Origin: Octopus sinensis
Lineage: Eukaryota
Reading direction: 5' to 3'
DNA: 64,000 nucleotides
Assembly: GCF_006345805.1 (NCBI RefSeq)
Contig: NC_042999.1
Coordinates: 106,144,001-106,208,000, forward strand
In this document: piece by piece, positions 25,821-37,544 of the stretch
Numbering within the stretch: the first letter of the stretch is position 1
How the letters are laid out: each line of letters starts with the position of its first letter
Notes under the pieces: model-generated
Told to the model about the DNA's origin: nothing
Seen by the model: only the letters and a program-made list of their open reading frames with translations
Databases searched by the model: none
Program-made: the position numbers and the translations under genes

Positions 25821-27614
25821 TTTGCTAATGTACACTGGTATATTTCGTGAGTCTAGTGGTTAACATTTATGCCGGAAGAGATGTAGGAGCATACGTTGAA
25901 CCTATCTGGGTTCTTGTTGTTTTTCTTTAAACCAGTAAAAATAAAATGAATGGCAAAACACATGTACTTAGTATGCATTAAAAAATTTATCTCATTCATC
26001 ATTTGAGGAACGATATTGAAATTTCAGTAGCTATTTTTACGAACTACTAGTTTAAGGCTGATGTGAATAGCAATTGCTATGAAATTTTGAGTTGAGTTTT
26101 GCTGCCCCTTTAAAATGAGATTAGGAGCTATGAAACTTGTTGGAACAACCGCCGTATTTTTATTCCAAGAGAGTAAAAATGTCTGTTTTTACTTAGATTG
26201 TTCATTCTTACTATGTAATTTAACTTTTCAAATTTTATATCAATTTAAGTAGCCTGGCATCGTTTCTCGTTTTGTTATTGAATGCTCTCCAATCTCCAAT
26301 GAGAAGTAGGCAATCTTACCTTTGAGACAATTCTCTTTCAAAGACGCCGCAATAAAATAAATACATTACAATTTAATATTTTAAACAGATTCATCTTTGT
26401 TCAGAATGTTAACAACATGGGTAGTTTGTGTAAACAGATAAGGTAAAGTTTTGCTACATTATTAAAAACTTTTCTGAAGAACAACCGCTAATATTTCTAG
26501 TGCGTTCTGCATGCTGCAACCTGAACTATTAACACAAGCTTATCTAACCATATAATTGAAACTACTTAACGCAAAGTATTGCTAGGATATAGTAACATAG
26601 ATTGTCTTGTACAATATCAAGGTTTATACACAACAGTCATATGTGTCTAAACATTTGTAATGTGAAACTCATGCATGGAAATGATATGCAGTAATTTTTA
26701 AATTTCGAAGTTCATTTTCATTGTGATTTCCTTTACTCTTCGTAAAATTATATTGTTTACATATATATTAAAAGAGCAAAGATGAGCGCATATAACTACA
26801 AGGAAATTATTAACTTATTGATTTGCGACTTGTATATATTTCACCACCAATTATTACCAAGGCATGAAACAAACATAATGTTTGCCTTTGATCATATTTG
26901 ACAAGATAATAACGATTTACTATACTTCAGTTACGAGCTGTCCAAATATGCGTTTTCCTTTACAACATGAAGTATTCGGTAATCTATTATGGAAATAGAG
27001 TAGAAATAGCAATAAGCGTTTCTTTATGCATCAGCTGTTGCACTTTGTGCATAGTATCGTCCGACTGAAAACTGTAACAAAGTTATCGATTCACTCCACT
27101 GAAGACATCGTTACAAATATCATACCATGTCTGAATCTTGATTCGTACTTCATCGAAAATTGCATCTTAGAATTTTGTACTGTCACACACCACTACCAAA
27201 TAATGAACATTTCATTGTCTACAACCTGGTGCACAAAATACAGTGATTCTAATCATAAACACAATGTACTTATATTATTCAGCTAAATAAAATATAGAAA
27301 AACTAAATAAGCTAAATAAAATATAGAAAAACGTAAATCGGCTCTATATTAAGAAACTGATTGGATGCAGGACACTAGGTTAAAAATATAACCCATCAAT
27401 GTTGTTAGACTTAAATAGGCCATCTCAATAAACAGTAGGAAAGAGTTCATCCGCTTCGATAAAACAGCACAAACTAATCGTGTTCATTCATCAACCATAA
27501 TGAAAAATATACATATAAACACAATTTTAATTACAGTTATACAAATTTCTTTCTGTGTACGTTTCACTTATTACGCATTAACAATTAAGAATGTTAATAT
27601 TAGCTGTCATCAAG

Positions 27615-27790
27615 AAGGTCAATTGGCAGAATCGTTACTGCGCCGGGCAATATGCTTAGCGGCATTTCGTCTATCTATACGTTCTGAGTTCAAATTGGCG
27701 CTGAGATCTACTTTACCCTTTATCGTTTCGTGGTCAATGAAATAGGCGATCGATTTACCCAATCCATCTTGTACCGAAGTTTGAAATTAA
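27615..27790 (+). mobile_element. Degenerate SINE (family B-related)
   Basis: TGGCAGAATCGTTACTGCGCCGGGCAATATGCTTAGCGGCATTTCGTC...ACGTTCTGAGTTCAAATT. Confidence 0.75.
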
Positions 27791-28569
27791 TACTCGATGT
27801 GATTTGAATCGCTGATTTATTACTGTTCGAATAATTACCTCTTTTGATGCAATAACATGTTTCCACTTCTTTTTTACACATAGACCTAATAATATTTTTA
27901 CACAGAAAATATACTTTACTGGGCGCACATTTTCGACAAGATTTTTTAACTCATTTCAACTCAGTGGCAAAATAACCTACTGCATACTCGTGTTTCTTTA
28001 TGCACTAGAGCTTCACCTTTAACATTCAGAAGGAAAGAAAAACAAATAGAAATTTCGGTGTAAGATATTTAAAGCTACCGGAAATTACTTTACTGTATAA
28101 GCAACGAGTCTTCCAAATCGAGAAAAAAATTATCAACTCTACAAGGTCTATGTGGTCAAGTGCAATTTCTACGTCTTTAATATATATCTTCACGAGAAGA
28201 CATATTATGCTGAAATATGTGTTTTCAATGATAATTTCCAGCAATAATACGACTACCATTGGAGTTGATCTTGCTGTTCGTAACAAGCCCGCTTCAATAC
28301 AAAGATTTCCGCTTCAAATACAAAGAAAAGGCCGAGATATATCAAAACCGTAATGTTCGTTGCTCAACTGCTTTTCATCATTATCAAATAGGGAAGATTT
28401 TAGAAGAACATCAACAGCGTCATATTAATGATACTACCACCACCACCACCACAACCACCATCACCACCACTACTACTACTACCACCACCACCATCATCAC
28501 CATCACCACTATTACTACTACTACTACTACCATCACCACTATTACTACTACTACTACCATCACCACTAT

Positions 28570-28614
<45 letters not shown>

Positions 28615-30348
28615 AGTTAATCCAACTGCAAATGTACCTCAATTTCATCATTTTACAACTTCTAAACAACTAATATCATAGACAAATATTAAATTTCATC
28701 TTAACGCCAGACAAGAGACCAGCTCTCATATTAAACGCTTCGTGACCGAATGTTATTAGACTTCAATATAAATATCTGGCGTGGTGTAGTTCTTGCCTTC
28801 ACGGCAATTTGAGACCACATCCAAGCAATATCATTGGACTTACTAGTAAAGATTTACTTAGAACATACACAGAAACACTAGGAATCAGTCAAGTTAATGC
28901 GCTCGATCTCTATTCCCTCTTATGTTCTCTTATGATGAACACAACAGCAAATCGTATATTTGCATTCGAATTTGCGACTGCGTATTTAGAACATCCAAGT
29001 CATTTTTTTCAATCCCACTGTTCACCATGCATATGATGATTTGTTATCAATTGGCAGTTTTAACAGCACAGGTCAGGGGACATATGATTATCGGTATTGT
29101 TAGATAATCGCTATTGTAAGATTCATTTTGGGGTTGCTTCTGGCTGACGAGACACATGTCAAAATACAAGTACCAAGAATCTTTGTACTAAACATAAGTA
29201 TCGGCCATCTCTTGTACTAAGGATTTTAGTGATTTATGAACACATATTTGTCGTAAAGGAAAAACTGTTAGTGATTAGCCTATTCACGTTTGAATGTGGC
29301 AGAAAGAATAAGAACAAATATGTAAGTCATCATAACATTTTCACATTTTAGCAATAACAAATCTAGAAATAGGGAAGAAGTGCTATTTTAGTATACACTT
29401 CATTGTGAGCGTTTTCTTTTGGGACTTTAAATGCATGTCTTATTACCGTACTCTACCGTGACGCAGAAATCAAATTTTAATAAGAAAACAAAAATATCAA
29501 AGAATAAACAATAAAAAGGTATTTAGTTTCTGCCTATACATCTGTGCGTCTAATTTGTACACAAGGGAGAGAGTATTTCAATGTAGATTAAAATCCTATA
29601 TTAAAGGGGTTTAAAAGAATTGTTTGACTGTAATTTGAATTATATTCCTATTTTAGTATACATTTCAGTTTGCGATACTGCTTTGGTTAATCACAATCTT
29701 GTTTTGCTATAACAATCTCTCAGTTGTTTCCATACAACGAACATGTTCTTGTCAACATACAAATGCTGTGTATAAAGAAACTGAGTCAATGAAACGTTCA
29801 CAGGTCTATTTCACGGAAATGGATGCTAAAAATATTGCTGAATCATTTCATTTCAATAATTGCAGAATTGCATCATGATAAATACCATAGTAGCTGTTTC
29901 ACTGCAATTAATTAAACACCAATCATTACATTCAAAACTTTGGTGTAACAATTACAGGCTGCGCCTTGATAACAGCTAAGGTGTCATTGCCATCACCCCT
30001 GAAGTGATTCATTATGACCGCTTTAGGATGCTGTCGCATTAAAAAATCAGTGTTATTTCATTTCAGCGAAAATATTCCTAGCACAGATTTTCAGATTTAT
30101 AACTTTATACTTTATTATAAGTCTAAAAAACTACAAAATCAACCTTGCAATTCTATCATGATATATATATATTTAATTCAAATTTTAACTGCTTAAAAAT
30201 TATTATATTCATTTTATCCGTTTCTGTTTTATGGGGTTTTTTTACGCTTCGCTTTCTATTAAAAACTATATTAAAGACACACCAGGCAACTTTATATTAT
30301 ATTAAAAGGATATAATAGTATTCACACGTAAACACACGCACATATGTG

Positions 30349-30419
<71 letters not shown>

Positions 30420-30504
30420 TGACAGAGAGAGAGAAGGAGGAGATATATATATATATGTATGTATGTATGTATGTGTATGTATGTATGAATGTATGTATTC
30501 AAAT

Positions 30505-30790
30505 GTAGAGAAAATAAAAGACGACTACAGGGGAAAGAACAACAAGCGTGTCTAATAGTTAAACGTTCGGGAAGAACTGAAAAAAAAATTTTGATGTTTC
30601 GAGCTCTTCAGCAGAAAATATTAAGAGAGAAAAAAAGGAAAAGAAGAGAGAACGATAATACCGAGAGAGAACTAAGCTAGGTAGGAAATAACTGTTCAAC
30701 ATGATGAAATAACTGGAAGAAAGACGCTGAGTGAAAGAGCGATAATAACGGGGACCAGGCCGAACTAATATGTGTGTATGTGAAAAGGGT
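30505..30790 (-). mobile_element. Penelope-like terminal-repeat relic with degenerate hammerhead-like motif
   Basis: Homologous in reverse to 63700-63850 (TTCCCGAACGTTTAACTA vs TTCCCGAGCGTTAAACTG). Minus strand 30589-30618 reads TTTT-CTGCTGA-AGAGCTC-GAAA-CA-TC-AAAA. Confidence 0.45.
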
Positions 30791-30828
30791 GTGTGTTTGT
30801 GTGTGTGTGTGTGGTACGTGTGAAGATA

Positions 30829-31368
30829 CAGTAATACTCCACTTTACGAGGACACGCTTTACAAGACACCGGGTTTAGAAATTTTATTTTTCAAGCCCAA
30901 AACCAAATTTTGAACGAAGTGCAATGTTTCTATTACCATAACAACTTCTTTTGCGTGTTACAGAGAAATCTATAGAGAGCGACGAAAAGTTATTTCCAGC
31001 AAGCAAATGTAGACTTGTTTTTTAAAAAGAAATATACAAATCCGTCTACGAGTGCTTGTGAATTGTCGATTTCGTTTACACGTGATACTGTGCACAAGTC
31101 TAATGCAAGCGAAAGTGATTCAGAAGACAATTATAAAAATATTTTTGTTATAAATGATCGTTACATTCTTTTACTTTACATAAAATTCTTCTGTTGCTGT
31201 TTAATTGCCATTTGTTTTATTGGTGAGTATTATAAATTTAACTGCTAAAATATTTTTCTGGGAACCAATTACAATTTATATCATTGGTTTTATAGAAATT
31301 ATTGTTCTGCTTTACATGTTTTCATGCGTTCTCCGGGAACCAATTATTCATATATCGAAGCATTACTG
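30829..31368 (+). mobile_element. Tigger/pogo-like internally deleted DNA transposon
   Basis: TA|CAGTAATACTCCACTTTACGAG vs right-end revcomp CAGTAATGCTTCGATATATGAA. An internal remnant QQANVDLFFKK (~30998-31030) resembles the C-terminal PIP-box-like motif of pogo/Tigger transposases. Confidence 0.55.
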
Positions 31369-31372
31369 CATA

Positions 31373-31454
<82 letters not shown>

Positions 31455-31456
<2 letters not shown>

Positions 31457-31650
31457 AGAACAAACACAAAAAAAACAAAAACACACGAGGACGTAGTACA
31501 TGTAAAGCATTAGCAGACGCTCAGGGAAGGAAAGAAAGGTGGGTTTATGTTTCGAGCAAAACTCTTCTTCAGAAACAGAGGAAAGTCCAATAGAAAAGAA
31601 AGGCGGAGGGAAAAAAATCGCCAACGATTCACATGTTACATTTTGAAATA
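31455..31650 (-). mobile_element. Penelope-like terminal-repeat relic with minimal hammerhead-like motif
   Basis: Minus strand 31543-31576: GTTT-CTGAAGA-A-GAG-TTTTG-CTC-GAAA-CA-TA-AAC. Confidence 0.5.
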
Positions 31651-31655
31651 TATAC

Positions 31656-31702
<47 letters not shown>

Positions 31703-31950
31703 AAGAGAGCGAGAGAGAGGTTATGAGGGGTAATGGTGTCAATAAGACCCAAATGTGTCAGGTAATACTGAGTAAATGGTATGGACAGGCCATAGTTAAG
31801 CTCCAGGTTCGGTAATTATGCGAATAAGGAGTCCACAGTAGGTCATATATCAGCATGTGTGTATATAAAAATGTTTTTAAGAATGAGATAAAAATCCAAG
31901 GTTGTGAAGATTAAGATTTTATATATATATATATTATATTATATATATAT

Positions 31951-32032
<82 letters not shown>

Positions 32033-32541
32033 CATACATACATACATACATACATACATACATAAGATTGTTTGTTACGGCCGGTCAGAAAGAGACCATT
32101 GTTTCTTCCCCTATAAAGCGTTTAGCTAGACAGCACGTCTGACGGCATATCAGAGGAAATTCATGTTGGAAAATTGCAATTTCCCGTACGCCTACTAGGA
32201 AAATACTACCAATGCTTCCATCTTCAGACGTCTTCGGCAGAGTTTGTAGATATAGATGGAATTGACTTAAGGGAGATAACTCCTCATCGATCAATGTTCT
32301 GCCATTAGAGTATCCTACTGTTGTTTTGTTTAAAAATTAACTGACAATGATGTTTTCCTCCCTCCAGTTCCAGAGAGGTTACGTGCCTCTGGTAATTTGA
32401 GTTCTACGAGGTACCTATATAGCTAAGCTCTTTAAATGTTCGCAACCAATGGACAGACTTTGACTGGCCCATAATAAATAACTTTCTAGACATTACTGGC
32501 CTAATGTTTTAGATTGTGCCTCTTTTTGGACATATAAACTA

Positions 32542-32586
<45 letters not shown>

Positions 32587-32613
32587 GTGTTGTGTGTGTA
32601 CACACACACACAC

Positions 32614-32670
<57 letters not shown>

Positions 32671-32708
32671 CATACACACATGCATGTTTAACTTGGAACA
32701 ATAGATGA

Positions 32709-32769
<61 letters not shown>

Positions 32770-33341
32770 AGAGTAAGGGTAGGGAAAGGAGGAGGAGGAA
32801 TTCTTAGTACATCAATAATGGCCCCAGCTTGACTCATGAGCAACGAGAAGCTTCTCCACAACTTTCAGTGCCGTTCTACTCATGAAGAACGGTAAAATCA
32901 ACTTTATTATCATCAGCCAATGACAAAAGCATCATGATCCACATGAGACACAAATATAATTCAAAACCCAATGGAAATTCAATGATCAATTACCTTGATT
33001 AGCTGGCATTAATCTTGAATGTCTATAATTTATTACCACCAATCATGAGATGTTGATTAATAGCGGTTCTGAGAAGAATCAAACCTAAACACCAAACATC
33101 ATCTCAAACAAAGATGATACGATGAAAGCTATATATTCTGTGGCAAAGGACTTAATTAAATATATCTTTATGAGAGCAGTTTACTTCATCTATGTGTAAA
33201 CCTTATTATGTATGTGTAAACCTTATTAAATAAGGATATATGAACCACCAGAAATACATATACATGGTCGAACGGATGTATGCAAATTTACAAACCCCAT
33301 ATATACACGAACGTATGCATAGCTTCCTACCTATCTAAATT

Positions 33342-33409
<68 letters not shown>

Positions 33410-33450
33410 GTGTGTTTGTGTGTGTGTGTATATATGAATGTATGTATGTA

Positions 33451-34069
33451 TGTAAAATGTAAACACATAAGGAATCAACTCATGGGATTCATCACGCAAG
33501 AAAGACAGCTAGGTTCCAAAACCACAAAAATTAGGTATAAATGTGAAGTGAAAATTTCTATTAATTTCCATTTCCCTTCGATATGATTAAATATTGTAAG
33601 TTTTTTGATAATATTCGAATTTCAAAAGTTGGCATTTTTCTATTGCCGACGAGGAGGTGCGCCTGCGCAGTAGATTTTGAAAGAATTATGATGAATAAAC
33701 AAGAGGCATATAATTGATTGCCTCGTGTTTATATATTTAATCCGAGGTGTACCTGTTGATGAAGATTTCACCTAGCGAATATTATTATATTTGCTAAACT
33801 AAAATCAGAAACAAATTGGTCCAGGAAACTAGATGGCAAAAGTTTTTATTTTTTCATTTCGTTCCTTTCGGGATATATCCCTGATTTTTGTGGTTTTGGA
33901 ACCTAGCTGTTCTTTCTAGCGCCACGAATCCCATGAGTGGATTCCTTATGTGTTTAAATGTACACTGTATTTTATGTGTAATACATAGTCTTTCGACTAA
34001 ATTTTCACGCGCAAGGCCACCGGAAGAGAAAATTTCTATTAATTTCTATTAATTCCCCTTCGATATGAT
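33451..34069. repeat. Non-autonomous element with an ~80-bp inverted repeat plus an interleaved ~45-bp direct repeat
   Basis: 33460-33535 (AAACACATAAGGAATCAACTCATGGGATTC...GCTAGGTTCCAAAACCACAAAAA) is inverted at 33874-33956; 33545-33587 (GAAAATTTCTATTAATTTC...CCCTTCGATATGAT) is directly repeated at 34023-34069. Confidence 0.75.
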
Positions 34070-34079
34070 AAGTATATAT

Positions 34080-34212
<133 letters not shown>

Positions 34213-34526
34213 GTGTGTGTGTATGTATGGATGGATGTATATGTGTGTGATATTTTATTCTAAAATATAAACCCCTTTTGCATGTTTCCACCACAAATGA
34301 CACTGCAACAAGGGCTTTGCGATAATACCCACGCAAATATTATAAACGATATATTCAGAGCAGTGAATACCCATGAATTTATTCAAAACAATTCCAATCA
34401 CTCCTGCTATAATCACAACAGGTCACTTTTAGGCCACTTCGTCATTTAGGAAGACTCTACCAACAGTCTACTACTGTCATACTACTCCCATCTTTTCCTT
34501 TTCCTCTTCTTTTTCTTTTCCTACCT

Positions 34527-34641
34527 CTACTTCTTCTTCTTCTTCTTCTTCTTCTCCTTCTTCTTCTTCTTCTTCTTCTTCTTCTTCTTCTTCTTCTTCT
34601 CCTTCTTCTTCTTCTTCTTCTTCTTCTTCTTCTTCTTCTTC
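34527..34641. repeat. (CTT)n polypyrimidine microsatellite
   Basis: Direct reading; source of the spurious poly-E, poly-K and poly-R ORFs. Confidence 0.95.
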
Positions 34642-35031
34642 GCCGTCTCCTTCCTCGGGCACTGATGCTTAAACAATAAAAATTCAGGATCAACATACCT
34701 CATATTAAATATTTTTCGAGACCTGTTACTACATACCCACCAAGCCTTCACGAAAGTAAAAGAATGAGAGACAGAAAAAAGGAATATGTCCCACGTATTT
34801 GAAAACTATTGAAATATTTAAAAGAGATATTTCATTTAATTTTTCTACAATTTCATTGTTTTTATGCGTTACTCTCAGTTGAAAAAGCCGCAAAGACTGA
34901 AACAGTTGCTAAATTGTTCTTCATGATAAAATTATTTTAGCACTTTCTACCTTGTCCTATTTCCCTTATATGTGTGTCTTTGTATGTGTGTGCCTGTGTC
35001 TGTATGTATATGTATATATATATATATATAT

Positions 35032-35079
<48 letters not shown>

Positions 35080-36238
35080 TGTGTGCGCGCGTATATATCA
35101 GAATGTATCTAACTATATATATACATATGTGTGTGCCTGTGTCCCCCTGTCTGCTTGTCTGTATATGCACCAAGATAACACTGCTTGACTAAATATTAAT
35201 CTTCCTTTCTCCTACTTTCTTTTCCCTCTAAGCAGTTATAACAGCAAAAGCTGATTAGCTTATTTTCCCTAAACTGGGCCGCAACACTTCCAAGTTAATA
35301 TTTGCACTTTTTGCGTTTCTATGATATTATTTGCTTTTATTTATTTCCTAACATATGTTGCACCTAATAAAAGTCTATTACAAAATCCAGCTCTTATTTA
35401 TTAAAACAAGAACGTAACACGTGACAACAAAACATTCGGACAGTTAGGGTAAAACGATACAAAAAAAGAACAGGAAAAAACAAGGATGATTCATTCGGGG
35501 CTTTCAATCGTCAGTCGAGGACCAGATCATCTTTGCTGTTCTAATCTGACCGCCCCAAGAAATTCTAAGTTAAGAGCACTAGATTCTTTGGAAGAAAGCA
35601 AGTGAATGAATATAAAAAACAAGGACGGTAAAAACGGAGAAACGGTACACAATTACAAATACAAACAACAGGGTATTAGCAAGAATTGTATTTCGACTAA
35701 GGACGAATTAAATCAAGCTGGTGTGTGTTGAAGTGAAGCCTTAAGGCTGCATATGTTTCATAACTAGCAGAACCTTGGTAAATTATTCAAACGAGCAGTA
35801 AATCTGAAGCTACACTTCAGGCATCTCGTTCGTATCTCTAACGAGTCTACACCGGATCTCCTAACGACAACGTAAACTCTATATAATTAAGGTACTCTTG
35901 GTCTGAAGATAGGCTTGCGGTCTACAACTCGTTTGGATATTTTACTACATTCGATGTACCGCTAACTATGAATCATATGTGGCCTAGATTTTATCTGCTC
36001 CATTCTCTAAAGCTTGGTTGTTTATTCGCATATACAGCAATCTCTGTTGCTATCGCTGAACTATAAAATTAACTTTTTTCAGCTGTTTTCCAAACGGAGA
36101 AATTTTCAACGTTTTGCGCCAATAAGCTACTATTGTGCCCAGAAGTTTGTTTTCTATATCTTCTACGGATTGTTTGAAGCAAGCTTAGGAATTTCCTACA
36201 CCTTATGTCTGTGTGTTGGCGTGTGTATGTATGTATTT

Positions 36239-36336
<98 letters not shown>

Positions 36337-36356
36337 CATATGTGTAAAAGTACATG

Positions 36357-36405
<49 letters not shown>

Positions 36406-36519
36406 GTTAGATTTGCCAACTTTATACATTAAAATATTCTTACTTATATCTGAGATAATTGTGCATGTTTGAAGAATGTGGTATGCCATTTGAACTACGT
36501 GGCTCTCGTATTTTGGCTT

Positions 36520-37470
36520 CGTACATTACTTGGTTACCTTTTGCTTTTCAGATGACGCAGCCAAAATGTTTGTCTTCTGTATTATAACATACTTAACTGT
36601 GACAAGCTTAACGGTTTCTAGTGCTTATGATTGTTTTCTAATATACACTTTCATATTTACCATATTACCTAACTAACTCCCTAATACCCAAGGACGACCT
36701 CTACATTAAGGACAATAGGTCCGCATAATATATTTTAAGTTGCCGTAATATATTCTGGAAATATAAAGGATGTATTCACAGATCAATTTAGATTCCAGCG
36801 TCATAATTTCCCCTTTACATCTATATTAATCACCGTGAAAATAGGTATATTATGTACAACGTCTAGAGAGCAAAAATGGAAGCAGATTGCTATATTTTCA
36901 GAATTACAGAATTCTGGATATATTTTAGCTGCAGATGCAAACGATTTTTCAACACCTTTAAATATAAAGTTTTGAGTATATCGAATGCTTAAAGATTTGC
37001 GATAGGCAATTACAAACTTCCCTTCCCGAAGAAAAGATATTTGAATTCGTTTTACTCTGCCAATAATAGAGATGTAGATGACCAGTTTCGTAGTAAATAT
37101 GTCGGATAAGATAGTGTTTCTTCAGATATCATCGGAGACTGAACGGGCCTGCAATTAATTTAGTGTTTCTTTGGATGTATACCATTCAGATTACTTATTT
37201 TATTTCCTTGTTGCATGATACGCTGAAATAATTTATCTGAAATCAATATGTATACAGTTCTTCAATTTGATTGATTAATTCTGTCATATCAAGTTGACTA
37301 GTTTGACCGATATTCTTTTTCTCATCATTAAGTATCGTTATTATGTCTGAATTTTTGTCAGATATTTCCATCAACATTGAATTTAAATTATTCAAACCGT
37401 TTTTAAATTTTAAATATTTGCTACACAAAACATAAAACTGCCGATCAACCTTCCACGTTTTAAAGATGCA
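36520..37470 (-). pseudogene. TRIM-like pseudogene, last exon (coiled coil plus NHL-like beta-propeller)
   Basis: Splice acceptor TTTTACTTTTTCTAG ends at 37471. Coiled-coil-like ORF 37428-37243; LIAGPFSL; a 106-codon stop-free frame 37121-36804 (TILSDIFTTKLVIY...VINIDVKGKL); then SFIFPEYITAT in the same frame. These resemble propeller blades of molluscan TRIM proteins. Confidence 0.4.
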
Positions 37471-37544
37471 CTAGAAAAAGTAAAATATTAAAGTAAGAAG
37501 AATATAATGTAATTATTACTATAACATTTATTTACTATAAAATT

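Larger units (their letters stand above)
24319..29980 (+). pseudogene. Heavily decayed ionotropic glutamate receptor / ionotropic receptor (IR)-like pseudogene
   Basis: Collinear motif remnants by manual translation: ATD-like NNVIEFIKASYNCSSIIVICD (exon-like 24319-24559); LQGLCGQVQF (~28140-28168); S1-like ILNF..TPDK...NAS*PNVI (28683-28757) and TTANRIFAFEFATAYLE (28941-28991); pre-M1/M1-like FFSIPLFTMHMMICYQLAVL; M2-like DSFWGCF (29120-29140); S2-like VYFTEMD...NNCRI (~29801-29870). Confidence 0.5.

Noticed and set aside
27281-27338. Short tandem duplications (29 bp here; ~20 bp at 33191-33228; ~45-bp period at 55814-55885)
   Set aside because: Ordinary replication-slippage products.
28258-28353. 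GVDLAV...DISKP read as the iGluR S1 DLAVA...DFSKP motif
   Set aside because: Spacing is wrong, a local ~20-bp duplication overlaps it, and it is out of order relative to the better S1 match at 28683-28991.
32170-32300. Additional hammerhead-like strings on the minus strand (CTGAAGA...GAAA; TCGATGA-GGAG-TTAT-CTCC)
   Set aside because: Helix II pairing or the GAAA segment is missing; at best heavily decayed.
35405-35760. Probable interspersed repeat, also 55975-56270 and 56625-56740
   Set aside because: They look like recurrent octopod repeats from memory, but are single-copy in this window with no diagnostic structure, so I cannot classify them.
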